From Glaucostegus cemiculus (taxonomy: Eukaryota), in NCBI GenBank assembly GCA_976551045.1, contig CDPCPM010000007.1, positions 21,576,001 through 21,640,000 on the forward strand: DNA of 64,000 nucleotides, read 5' to 3'. Numbering within the stretch: position 1 is the stretch's first letter; each line of letters starts with the position of its first letter. The translations under genes and the position numbers were made by a program. Below the pieces are notes generated by a model, which saw only the letters and a list, made by a program, of their open reading frames with translations, made no database searches and was not told the DNA's origin. This document shows, piece by piece, positions 14,377 to 26,911 of this stretch.

Positions 14377-15980
14377 CAGTGGCATGAAAAAGTTTGGGCA
14401 CCACTGGTCAAAATTTCTGTTACTGTGAATAGCTAAGCGAGTAAAAAGTGACCTGATTTCTGAAAGGCATAAATTAAAGGTGACATTTCTTTAATATTTT
14501 AAGCAAGATTACTTTTTCATTTCCATATTTTTACAGTTTCAAAATAACAAAAGCAAAAGGGCCCGAAGCAAAAGTTTGGGCACTCTGAATGGTCAGTACT
14601 TAGTAACATTCCCTTTGGCAAGTGTCACAGTTTGTAAATGCTTTCTGTAGCCAGCTACAAGTCTTTCAGTTCTCGTTTGGGGGGTTTTCACCCATTCTTC
14701 CTTGCAAAAGGCTTCTAGTTCTGTGAGATTCTTGGGCCGTCTTGGATGCACTGCTCTTTTGAGGTCTATCCACAGATTTTTGATGATGTTTAGGTTGGGG
14801 GACTGTGAAGCTCATGGCAAAACCTTCAGCTTGTGCCTCTTGAGGTAGTCCATTGTGGATTTTGAGGTGCTTAGGATCGTTATCCCGTTGTAGAAGCCAT
14901 CCTTTTCATCTTCAGCTTTTTTTTTAAACAGACAGTGTGATGTTTGCTTCCAGAATTTGCTGGTATTTAATTGAATTAATTCTTCCCTCTACCAGTGAAA
15001 TGTTCCCCATGCTACTGGCTGCAACACAAGCCCAAAGTATGATCGATCCACCCCCATGCATAACAATTGGAGAGGTGTTTTTTCATGAAATTCTGCACCC
15101 TTTTTTTCCCTCCAAACATACCTTTGCTCATTGCAGCCAAAAAGTTCTATTTTAACTTCATCAGTCCACAGGACTTGTTTCCAAAATGCATCAGGCTTGC
15201 TTAGATGTTCCTTGGCAAACTTCTGATGCTGAATTTTGTGGTGAGGGCACAGGAAAGGTTTTCTTCTAATGACTCTTCCATGAAGGTCATATTTGTGCAG
15301 GTGTCACTGCACAGTAGAACAGTGCACCACCAGTCCAGAGTCTGCTAAATCTTCCTGAAGGTCTTTTGCAGTCAAACAGGGGTTTTGATTTGCCTTTCTA
15401 GCAATCTTACAAGCAGTTCTCTCAAAGTTTTCTTGGTCTCCCAGACCTCAACTTGACCTCCACTGTTCCTGTTGACTGCCATTTCTCAATTACATTATGA
15501 ACTAAGGAAATGGCTACCTGAAAACACTTTGCTATCTTTTTATAGCCTTCTGCTTTGTGGGCATCATTTATTTTAATTTTTAAAGTGCTAGGCAACTGCT
15601 TAGAGGAGCCCATGGCTGCTGATTGTTGGGACAAGATTTGAGGTATCAAGGTATTTATAAAGCTTTGAAATTTGCATCACCTGGCCTTTCCTAATGATGA
15701 CTGTGAACAAGCCACTGCCCCAATGAGCTAATGAAGGTTTGAGACCTTGGTAAAAGTTATCTGAGAGCTCAAATCTCTTGGGGTGTGCAAACTTTTGCAT
15801 GGTGCTCCTTTCCTTTTTTCACTCTAAAATTGTACAAGACAAAAATAATCCACTGAGCTTGCTTAAAATGTTGAAAGGAATGTTTCATCTTTAACTTTAT
15901 GATTTTTGGAGATCAGTTTGTCTTCTACTTATAGTAACAGTAATTTTGACCAGGGGTGCTCAAACTTTTGCATGCCACTG
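14377..15980 (-). mobile_element. Full-length Tc1/mariner DNA transposon, IR/DR type, inactive
   Basis: TA|CAGTGGCATGAAAAAGTTTGGGCACC...GGTGCTCAAACTTTTGCATGCCACTG|TA. Long (~210 bp) imperfect TIRs with inner direct repeats at about 14569 and 15781. TA target duplication; length 1604 bp. Confidence 0.93.
14593..15613 (-). pseudogene. Tc1 transposase pseudogene
   Basis: MGSSKQL...GYKKIAK...RSGRPRKL paired-like DNA-binding domain. Catalytic motifs WTDEVKIELFG, DNDPKH and SPNLNIIKNLW (catalytic E changed to K), ending TKY*. Frameshifted. Confidence 0.88.
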
Positions 15981-17497
15981 TACATGGGATAATTATTTCC
16001 TTTATTTTACAAATATACTATTTGGTGAAAACCAGAAGGATGGAGCTGTGCTGCATTATTTATGGAGAAAGCTTCAAAATGTATAATTCTTTGTCTTTAA
16101 GTTTTGTTACTTTTAGTTCTATTTGTTTATGTTGAAAGATGCATTTCTTAACCATTTTAAACAAGTAGTTAGATAACATTGCCATGAAATTGCCAGGTTT
16201 ATTCAAGAAACCTGAACATCTCAGAACAAAAGTGCTAAAATAGGAAATAGTTGCACAGGTGCCTACATGCCAAGGAGAAAAATCTGCATGTTTGGAAAGA
16301 TCAGTTAAGTGCTGAACTGAATTTTCAAAAAACTGGAACAAAACCAACTTTGAGCCTGCCTATTTTAAGAGTCTGGACAAGGTTAAGTAACCAATCTAAA
16401 TTGTGGGAGAAGGGTTGGTAATATGTACCATTATAATAATAATTATTCTATTTTTGACTTGTATCATATGGTTTTCCAAGAACTCTAAACTTGGCAGGTG
16501 ATTTTTTTTTGAGGAGGATTGAGTAGGTGAGGAAATTGTTCTGTTTGCTGGCTAGGAGGAGTAGAAGCATTTCTTTCAGTCTTAAGCTGCCCTATAGCTC
16601 CTGCCTCCCAACCATCACTGGATTACAAACCAGGAGTTTAAAAAACATAGGAATTTTGAAAAACCTTCCTTGCAGTTTTCATTATCTCCAGACAGTTTGC
16701 AGCAGAGTACAGCCTGAAGATAAATTTCAAACCTTTATGTTTAGATGTTTAGACACATGCATTTGGCCAAAACCATCCAGGCATCTCAGGCTATTACCTC
16801 TCATCCAGTTCTGACTTGCTAACCTCCAGCTCCACTTCTTATCTACATGTTTACCCCTCTGAGATATGCAACCACTTTTCTTAAATGTGCTATTGCTTCC
16901 CAAATTTATTCCTCTAGAATTTTCATTGACCTGATGACCACTTTTAATGTGGATCATAGATTATCGAATTTTTGCCCAACTGAACTTTGGAAAACTAGAC
17001 CATCACTTTTGGCAGTAGCTATCAATTTGAGTCTTTTGCTATTGAGTTCGTCCCCTCTATCTTCTATTTTCTTCAGTGTATTGTAGGTTATCAGACGTTG
17101 TTTAAATAATAATTATTGTTTTCTGGATTCACCTCAACCAACTTGAACTTTTACTATATATGGCCTTTTCTGTCCATACTTTTAATAAGTGGTTGTTCAA
17201 TCTTATTGAGCTCTTATCACACTCATTAGTGAATTTCACTACTGGCAGAGCAGTTCAGGGTGACATGGTTCTTTTTCATTTTTATACTGATGATCTAAGT
17301 AGAAAGACTGGGGAAAAATCTCTAAAATGGGTTTTAATTGCATGTATATGGCTAGGACTGATTTTACTCGCTCCTTAATTCCACTTTGAGGGAGGAATAT
17401 ATACATAGCCTTGATCTGTTGTGTGCAATGCCGAAGGTAATCAAGTAGCATAATGCATGAATTAAACAAGAAGTATGTTATATTTTGTTTTCAATAG

Positions 17498-17868
17498 CAC
17501 CGGTAACGGTAAGATGCCTGCAGGACTTGGCAAGAATTTACATTCGTCGCAATCTTAGAAACTTGATAAATCAAGAGTTACAAGCCAAAAACAGTCTTCA
17601 GAAGGTTGCACCTAAACGGAAACGCAAGAAGCTTCGCAGACGTAAAATTGATACCTATGTGTTTGTAGGCAATCAGTTGATACCTCAGCCATTTGACAGT
17701 GATGAAGATGATAAAATGGAAGAAGAGAATAGAGAGGAGGAAGAAAAAGAGTCAAACGAAGGCCTCAAACAGGAAGAAGTTCCTCCAAATTTGCTTCGGG
17801 AGAGAATTCTGAGTTTGCCACTACCAGAATCTTTGAAAGCTTACCTAACATTTTATAGACAAAAGTAG
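17498..17868 (+). CDS. PCMTD1: PCMTD1 last coding exon (split SOCS box: BC-box and Cul5-box)
   Basis: tcaatAG acceptor. Encodes PPVTVRCLQDLARIYIRRNLR...TYVFVGNQLIPQP...LLRERILSLPLPESLKAYLTFYRQK*. Called PCMTD1 rather than PCMTD2 from the C-terminal sequence and the downstream peroxidasin gene. Confidence 0.93.
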
Positions 17869-19325
17869 CACTGAACAAAAATAATCTTAAGTTTTGTCCA
17901 CTGATATGTCTGTCTGAGTTCTCAAATGTAGCATTTTTCATATAATCACTCCAAAAAAGGCAGTTGTTTGAATATAAAGAAAAGATTTCAACATTAAACA
18001 TATGACATTGATTTGATGATTACTTTTAATTCACTGACTAAGGATAACTTAATTATATTCACAAGCAAAGCAATGTTAAAATACTGCGTGCATATTTAAA
18101 AATTCAAACTGAGTACTTCAGATTGTACACCTTTGTCTGAGAGTAACATTTTTGAGAAGGTGAAGGATTTCATATTTTCTAAGGTGAAATGAAAAGTAGG
18201 TTATTTTTAAAGTTGCATAATGTTTTAAACATTTAAATGGTGAGTATCATTCAATATAACTAGATTGATCAGATTTGCAGGTTTACTTAATATTAACATC
18301 TCCCTTTGTTCATCAAGCATATGCAACATACCATAAATAACATTCATAAAGCAATGTATTTGTTTAACTTCAAAATCTCTCAATCTAAGGAAAGATTTTT
18401 CTATTGCAATGCAAAAAAAAAACTGTCCTCTTGGAGCAGCTTGGTTCCAATATATGGATTTAGCTATACCAGCAGTTGTTGGTAGTTGTACAACTACTTA
18501 ACAATATTTATTGCCCACAAGTAATATCTGGCAGGTCCTATAAGTGGTTATTAATTACTGGTATGTTTAGACTCAAAACCTTATATAATGTGCTTATATA
18601 GCAGTGCACTTTAGAACTTTCAAAAATTTAAGTTTGCCAAGACTTTTAAACTTTTTGACAAAAACTTGCTTTGTGACTTATTATTTTTGAATTCTGTTCT
18701 TCCAGTGTTAGAACAGTGAAATGCTGTTATCTTTGTCACTTTGAAATTACTTTGGGATGGTAAATACCCTTAAACAATACTCTGGGATATTGGGGATTAT
18801 GTAGCAAATTTGCAAAAATCTTAAGTAAGGCAAAATACCATAGCCACTGAGTTGCTTACTGAAATATTTGCTCATTTGCACCTCTCCTGATTCCTTAGAT
18901 GGTATTACAGCTCAGGGAGAGGACACAGAGGGATATTTTCTTTATACCATGTACAGTAGGTTATTATGGTATACCAAGGTGATTAATCCATGGTGGATTG
19001 TGAACTTGGTGATAATACTTGGAGTGATATTCAGGTAAATATTAGACTTTTTGTACAGACATTGAAAATTCTTTTTTTCTGCACTGTCATTTAATCTATT
19101 ACAGTAGTTTAAGACAATAGATGTATTTTCATAGTTATGTAATTTTCTGTAACTTTTTGATCAAGAAATATAAATTCATGTTTAGAAGTGTTGCTTTTGG
19201 TGTTGGAAGTATGGTTTGTTTCATTTCATACAAGTAGTATTTCTCAGCTGAGTAGCAGTTATATGAAAGCTCAATTTAAATGAATAAGTTGCTTCTGTAA
19301 ACATTGATTTGGGGAAATATTTTGC

Positions 19326-19331
19326 AATAAA
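19326..19331 (+). terminator. Candidate PCMTD1 polyadenylation signal (3' UTR about 1.5 kb)
   Basis: AATAAA followed by a GU-rich tract (cttgtgtcttggttgtg). A second AATAAA lies at 19440-19445. Repeat-free AT-rich sequence runs from the stop codon to about 19480. Confidence 0.45.
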
Positions 19332-19889
19332 ATTGATATTCTTGTGTCTTGGTTGTGACAGCTTTATAATACTTTTTTGAATGCTGAGATGTAAATTAAT
19401 GTTTATCACTGTAGCAAGAAGTGCCAGAAGAATGGCACCAATAAAATGAGCAAGTCTAATGGTACCTTTTGCATCCATTAAATTTCAAACCCTACTTAGA
19501 TGGATGCCCACTGCTTGGCATGGACATGGTGGGCCAAATGGCCTCTTTCTATATTGTATGACTTTGTCTTTGAGTAAAAACAGTTCTTTTCCTCATCACC
19601 CCTCTAGTGCCTCTTCAGTTTTCTACTCTACTTCTTTGAACATTATTGATGCATTTCATCTGAGCCAAGTGATTCTTTCATAGCTGCCAAATCTTTAGCA
19701 TTAGTTTGGCATCTCAGCCAATATTTCACACTCTTGAATGACAACATCTCTATTGCATCTCTTTTGTGGGGTCTGAAGCAAAGTATTCATTGAAAGAGCT
19801 ATGCCAATAACTTCAGGCTCTATAACACACTGGTTAGCTTTGTTTTGTCTAATAAGTATCTAATACACCCTACTCTCGTATTACCAAAA

Positions 19890-20270
19890 TAGGAAAACTG
19901 CCTAGTGTAATCATGGGTATGATGAAACCTGAATTTTGCACAGGTTATAATCAGGTAGGAGATCATGTTGATTGGACCTCCAGATCGACAAAATATACGC
20001 TATGATTTTGGGGAGCAGATCTTTGGCCACTGGCAGGAAGTAGTTGAAGAGACAGTTGGTGCTGACATTCCTTGTGGTGGAAAGTGGGAGGTACCTCAGT
20101 ACAGCTGATTTGTCTACTTTCCTGAAGATGGTCACTATTTCAACATCTGTGAGATCCCCTGGAATATCTGCCACTTCCCAGATGTGGACAATGGGACTGT
20201 GGGGTTGTGACTGAAGCTCTTAACTGCTGAATTTTAGGATTTCAGCAAGGATACCATCTGCTGCTGAGCC
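19890..20270 (-). mobile_element. Degraded RTE-clade LINE fragment
   Basis: ORF 19911..20174 has IPGDLTDVEIVTIFRKVDKS, resembling RTE/BovB-type DLRDAxIVTIFKKGDKS. Confidence 0.55.
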
Positions 20271-20274
20271 TTTA

Positions 20275-20460
20275 TAATAGTCGTAGAGTTGATCAGCATT
20301 GAAAGTGTCCCTTTGGCCCAACTCATCCATGCCAACTGTGATACCTATCTGTGCTAATCTCATTTGCCTGTATTAGTCCAGTATCCCTCTACTTTCCTGG
20401 CCAAGTACCTATCTAAATGCCTTTTAAACATTATTATTGAGTTAGGCTTCCATGACCTCT
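20275..20460 (-). mobile_element. CR1 3' fragment
   Basis: Encodes FKRHLDRYL...EGYWTNTGK, with a CR1-type 3' UTR (ggcccaactcatccatgc). Confidence 0.7.
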
Positions 20461-20669
20461 CGCCGGTCAGGAGTAGAGCAAAGATAAGCTGATGCTTCCT
20501 CCAAGATCTCCCTTGATTTCTGGTAAACTCTAGCTCACCACCACTCAAAGTGCAGGAGAAGTCTCTTGGATGGTATTGCGAACTTGATCTGCTTCCAACA
20601 CATGGATTTGGAAGCAAATATTTCCACATGCATGCACACACAAATTTGGATTGAAGATACAAATATAGT

Positions 20670-20960
20670 ATGAAAGCACACACCACCAGGCTCAAGGACA
20701 GCCTTTATCCCACTGTTAATAAGACTATTGAATGGTTACCCAGATGGACTCTTGACCTCACAATCTGCCTTGTTATGGCCTTGCACCTTATTGTCTGCCT
20801 GTACTACACTTTCTCTGTAACGCTTTATTCTGCATTCTGTTTTTGTCTTCCCTTGTACTACCTCAATGCACTATTGTAATGAAATGATCTGTATGGGTGT
20901 CATGCAAAACAAAGTTTTTCACTGTCCCTCAGTACACGTGATGATGATAAACCAATTTAC
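20670..20960 (+). mobile_element. Rex1/Babar-type 3' end
   Basis: Encodes KAHTTRLKDSLYP, followed by the shared 3' UTR. Confidence 0.8.
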
Positions 20961-21290
20961 TAATAGGATTGTAGTGCCTCACAAACTACACACTGCCTGC
21001 CTCATCAACCACTACCTACCACCTGTTTCTCAGAGGTTGCTGTTCTCGCATTGGCCACCTCGGAACCCACAAGGCCATGGAATCCACAAATCATCCTCGA
21101 TCCTGAAGGACTGCCTAAGGGAACAAGATTAAACTGTAGATTACTATTTAATGCCAGAAAATTGCAACAATTTATATAACAATTCAAAGTCAGTTTGATG
21201 TAATTGTATATATTTCAAAGTTTAATGTTGGTACCAATGATTTCTACCTAAGGCCATTTTTTCTACTTTGAGGAGAGTATTTAGGATAAT

Positions 21291-22336
21291 TATAGTAAAG
21301 ACCTATTTGAGTATAAATTGCATGACAGACTCTGCCTCTAAGATTGCCTTAATAATTGGTGATCCCCACACTAAGGCTTATTGGCTGTTAACATTGTTGT
21401 TTAAGTTGAATGATTCTGAACAGTTTAGACATTCAAAGATTAAAAAACACTTAGGCAGCATTAATAAATAAAACTTTACTAGTGTTTTCTAATTTTTTTA
21501 AAAATAAAGGAGACCCTGCAAATTCCACTATTCCATTCTCTCCACACCTTACCTCTGTATTTTGTAGGGTTTGCAGAGGTCAGAGGTTAAAATAATGGAT
21601 CAAATACAATAGAATGCAATTAAAAACAAACATATTTGAATCATATTAAATAAAAATACTTGTTCACTTGTATGCTGAATTTATGTTGAGACTGAGGCAG
21701 AACTTCAATGTCCCTATGTAGATGTTGTTAATGTTGAAAAACAGCACCATCTGCAGGCAGAACTGCTGCAGGATTGTTGCATAATGGATAGGTGGGGCGA
21801 AGCGAGGGAATCCTGAAGACCAGCCTGCTGCTTAGTTAATCACACCTGCAGGATACACATGTTGCACCGTCAGAAGTTTTATGATGTCTAATGAGGGAAC
21901 ACAAACCTTTTCAGATTTTCCAGCACACTAAAACTACAGAAAGAATGGCAAATATAAATTAATTTCCCTTTTGTTTAATATGATTCAAATATGTTTATTT
22001 TTTTAATTGCATTCTATTGTATTTGATCCATTATTTTAACCTCTGACCTCTGCAAACCCTACAAAATATGGAGGTAAGGTGTGGAGACAATGGAATAGTG
22101 GAATTTGCTGGGACTCTTTTATTTTCTTAAAAATTAGAAAACACTAGTAGCAGTTTTATTTATTAATGTTGCCCAAGTGTTTTTTAATCTTTGAATGTCT
22201 AAACTGTTCAGAATCATTAAACTTAAACAACAATGTTAACAGCCAATAAGCCTTAGTGTGGGGATCACCAATTATTAAGGCAATCTTAGAGGCAGAGTCT
22301 GTCATGCAATTTATACTCATATAGGTCTTTACTATA
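21291..22336. repeat. Long inverted repeat: arms 21291-21655 and 21969-22336, spacer about 310 bp
   Basis: The arms are near-identical reverse complements. ORFs 21268..21471(+) and 22156..22458(-) give almost the same peptide. Confidence 0.92.
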
Positions 22337-22598
22337 CTGGTGATCCTAGTAGAAATTGGGCTTTGAAGTCTTTTTGCAAGAATGAATGTGCTCAGCAATT
22401 GACCACTGAGGTCTGGTGGCCTACCACCAGAAGATTTTGCTATACCCTTCCCACACACTTGACCCCATTCCTCATCACCCCATTAGTTTTTCCATAGACT
22501 GAGCCACATATAAAGAGAATCTCATTCAACACCTCAGGCTTTAGAGTTGTCAACAAATTTTGAAAGGAATCTTTGTACGTCCACTGCGATCTTAATAA

Positions 22599-22628
22599 GT
22601 GTGTGTGTGTGTGTCTATATATATATAA
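22599..22628. repeat. (GT)n(TA)n compound microsatellite
   Basis: gtgtgtgtgtgtgtgtctatatatatata seen directly. Confidence 0.85.
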
Positions 22629-24339
22629 TTTATTTATACTTACGTATATATGATTTTTCTGTGGAGATGACAAATCTAATGGATAGAGATCAGATAGGAG
22701 AGGGCAACTTTAACTTTTGCAGCCAAGCAAAATATGAAGAAAAGTAAGTTGGATTCCCATTTTACACCCCAATTCTCTTCTTCAATGGAATTAAAAAGTC
22801 TGGTAACGGCTGTTCTAACTGTATTACCAATTTTCCTCTTGACCATAAAAGTTACAATTAGCCCCAGTGATGACATCCACATGGAGGCTAAGAAGACATT
22901 CAACATCTTTCCAAGTTATAAGCTACTGAATAAGGACCACGAAAAGTGTTGTAAAAAGCACTTAGCATCTTGATCCAGGAAGTGCCTTTTCCTTTTTCTG
23001 CAGTTTCTTAGCCTTAGCAAAATTATGCTGTAGCATAGAATTTAAATCAAGGTCCTAGTTTCACTGTTGGGGGTTTAGGTTAAATGTTTTAATACAGAAT
23101 CCCAGCAAAATTTCATCACTCTGTTGTCACATTGTCTGCAGACCTTACCTCCCTTCATTTTGTGGGAATTGCAAAAGTCAAAAGTTGAAATACTGGATAG
23201 GTTGAATTTATATCTCTGAGAAACAGCATCCACACTGAGATTTCTTCAAGTGGTGCATGCTTTTCTGGGACACTGCCTCAATGAGTCCAGTAATCTGCTT
23301 AGGCACAGATATCTGGCCAAGGGAAGCCATGTTTACTAGATAACTTCACTGATTTTTTTCCCTCCTCACTTCTTGAACTTACAAAGGAATCTCTTGTAGA
23401 TTGGCACTACCCTCCCTATAGATGCAATATAAGAATTTAAATGTTCTCTGCACCTGGGTGGCATTTCTGTCAACTTTTTACATGAACCCGCACAAAGACT
23501 TGTTTCTAAGAAGCTTCTACTGCTGTCCACTGGGTGACACACTTGTGAGGGGTTTTTCCTGACTCCCAGTCCCAGACATGAGGGATTACTTCTTCCTTGT
23601 GATGATTGGTCTCTGGAGTTGTCACTTCTGATGTCTTTGATGATCCTTCTTTTATACCTCTTCCAAATTTTCTCTGTTCTTCTGTCCAGTCCTGTTCCTC
23701 TACAAGTCTGTTTATTGGCGTGTTTTTCCACTTCTTTCGCCCATCACTGGTTCACTGGTAATGCTCCATTACAGCTATCAATAGGCAGACACCATCTATT
23801 TCTTTTACATAGTAAGTAACCCGGACAAGCAGACAGTATTTTCCTTTACATAGCATCCGCTCAGCCATTTATACAATCCTGAGGACTCAACAATTACATA
23901 TTCTCTCCATTATCTAAGTCCTTGAGCCAAAGTCAGAACCTCTATTCAGCCAGTTCTCTGGCAGAAAGGCTCTGATCCCAAGCCTGATGGGATACTTAGC
24001 ATCCTGTCTCCAGCTATACTACATACTCTGAAATGAAACAGTGAGGCAGAGATTGCAAATACATTGTGTGTATTTATTGCATTTATTATGTTGACTGGAG
24101 TGGTACCTCACTTTAAAGAATATGGTTGTGTCAAATATCCTAGGAACTACTGATGAAAAGCAAAAGTTGCAGGTGCTGGAAATCTAAAAAAGTCATAAAA
24201 TACTTGGAAATACTCGGCAAGTCAGGCAGTATCTGTGGAAACAGAGAGAAACAGAGTTAATGTTTCAGCTGGAACACCATTTAGTGAAGAATCTATGACC
24301 TGAGTATTTCCAGCACTTCCTGTTTTTATCCCAAGATAT

Positions 24340-25265
24340 TATTGCAAGATTTCGTCACATCAGTGTTGTATGCCAACCCATCTCCAGCTGATTCATCAAT
24401 GACCTTCCCTTCATTATTTCAAATGTCGGAATGTTTGCTGATGATTGCACAGTTCAGACATTTCCATTTCAAAGCATTTCCAATTTGTATGAATCTGTTT
24501 TGCTACAAGACTAAAACACCATTCAGAGTTGAACTGTTAAGTTGCAGATAACATTTGTGCCACAGTGGGGCCAGACAATGATCATGTCCAACAAGAGAGC
24601 ATCTAACCAGCTCCCATGATGTCAGATTATCTATCAAGAACATTCTGGTTTTAGGGTGTCATCTCTGCCAGAAACAGGACTGGATCAACTACATGAGTAC
24701 CATAGCTATGAGAATAAACTAAACTCTAGTGAATACAATAAACGACTCACTTCCAAAATCCTTTCACTGACTGCAGAGCACAAGTCAGGAATGTGACAGA
24801 GTACACTCCACTTATGTGATTGAGTACAGTCAACACTATCCAGGATGAAGCAAATCATTTGATTGACAGCCATCCACCATCCTAATTATTTACTTCCTCT
24901 ATTATCAATGGATAACACTACAGTGCGTGTCATCTATAAGATACATAGCAGCAATTCACCAAGTTCCTTTGACAGTTTTTTCACATCAATAAGCCAGATG
25001 ACCTAGAAAGACAAAGGCAGCAGGCCATAGAAATGTCATCACTTTCAATGGACTTACTGTCTTGCACACCACCCCAACTTGGAAACATATATCTATTCCT
25101 GTATGGCTGGTTCAATGTCCTGAAACTCTGTGCTTGACAGTGCTGCTGTAATGTCTTCCCTATATGAACTGCAGTTGGTTAAGGACATGACTCACCATTA
25201 TGCTCTCAGGGGCAATAAATCATCACTTTGTATGTGATGCTCATATCCCTTGGATGAATAACTGA
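24340..25265 (+). mobile_element. Old degraded CR1/L2-group LINE 3' part
   Basis: ttcatcaatgaccttccct...atgtttgctgatgattgcaca (FINDLP...MFADDCT, RT motif), ending with a ggcaataaat...tgaata tail. Confidence 0.65.
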
Positions 25266-25914
25266 AAGACATATTGCCTGTGCTGGTTTCTGTTCACAAA
25301 GCAATCCATGGGTCAACTGCAGCAGATAGTTACCCCTTATCCCAACCCCAGTAGGCACAGTCCCTAACTGAACTGCTATCATAGAGGCCTCAAGTGAAAA
25401 TTGGTGAGATTCGCCTTTAAGTGCCTTGTTCCTGTGAACTACTAACATACAGCTCCATAAATTATATTATCTCTGCATTGTCAACACAATGCATTTTTAA
25501 TTACAATGCAAGGAACTCTGTGTGTACTAATATGCATTACAACAGCTGTAAAAATAAAGTTTTCATTCAAAAGCTCTTGATCTTAAGGCTCAGCTACAAA
25601 AAACACAGAATGGACTGAAATGAAGTTGAACCATGGCACATTTTCTAACAGCCCATGTTTCACTTTGGCTTACTTTCTGTTTTGATTTGACTCACAAACA
25701 AAAAAATGAAGCTCACAGTATCTATACCAGTAATAACTTTTAAACTGCAGGTGCATTTATAATTTCTTCAAATGAGTGGTGGAGAAACAGCTCCAAGATT
25801 ACTGAATGAGAACATTTGGGACTTGGGGATGATATTTTCCAGGAATTCCTATCATACAACCACAGGGGTGGACTCTGATTTTCCAATTCTTCTTCTTGTT
25901 TTATCCATGTGCTA

Positions 25915-26360
25915 CAGTCTTATGAGGGTTGAGCGAGCTAGGGCTTTTCTCTTTGGAGTGACGGAGGATGGGAGGTGACGTGTTAGAGGTGTATAAGATT
26001 ATGAGAGGCAGAGATAGAGTGGACAGCCAGCACCTTTTTCCTAGGGCAGCAATGGCCAATACCAGAGGACATCCATTTAAGGTGAGTGTAGGAAAGTTTA
26101 AAGGAGATGTCAGAGGTAGTTTTTTCTTACACAGACAGTGATGGGTGCCTGGAATGCACTGCTGGAGGTGGTGGTAGAGGCTGATACAATAAGAACATTT
26201 GAAAGATTCTTAGGTAGGCACATAGTTGTAAGAAAAATGGAGGGTTATGGGCTGTATAGGAGGGAAGGGTTAGATTGACTGTGGAATAGATTTACATGGG
26301 TTCGCACAACATTGTGGGCCAAAGGACCCATACTGTGCTGAACTGTTCTATGTTCTATGT
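25915..26360 (+). mobile_element. CR1 LINE 3' fragment
   Basis: LGLFSLE...LEVYKIMRG.DRVD-like residues and a (tgttcta)n tail at 26344-26359. Confidence 0.85.
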
Positions 26361-26454
26361 ACACAGGACAACGAGTACAATACACACAAAATGGAAGTAC
26401 TGCTAATCTTCATTAAATTAAATTCAATTGTACAAGAGTCACCCATTCATTGAT

Positions 26455-26665
26455 AAATTGGTAAATTGGTTTATTATTGTTACATGTACTGAGGTACAGT
26501 GAAAAACTTGTCTTGCATACCATCCATACAGGTCAATTCGTTACAACAGTACATTGAGGTAGTATAAGGTAAAACAATAACAGAGTGCAGAATAAAGTGT
26601 TACAGTACAAGGAAAATGCAGTGCAGGTGGACAGTAAGTTGCAAGGTCACAATGAGGTAGATTAT
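26455..26665 (-). repeat. Rex1/Babar-type 3' UTR fragment
   Basis: Reverse complement of the shared tail (ttggtttattattgttacatgtactgaggtacagtgaaaa). Confidence 0.75.
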
Positions 26666-26911
26666 AAGTGAATAAATTAGAAGTGCTGCACACAAGGTTC
26701 AAAATGGCTAATCTAGTCAGTTAGCAAGCAACAGACTAGTTTTGGTTCATCTAGTCTCTTTGCACATTTTTATTCTGTGTTCCCCAATGAAAACATTGCT
26801 AAAATATTTATGAGAACTAAAATAACTTTTCATGTAAGCACTGGAATTAAGGGTAAATCAAAGCTCCTCTTCATTGAAGAAAACAAACACAGATTGGGTG
26901 ATTTTTTTTGC

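Noticed and set aside
21268-22458. Two ORFs with almost the same peptide, as a duplicated small gene
   Set aside because: A by-product of the inverted repeat, with no splice signals, domain or ATG start.
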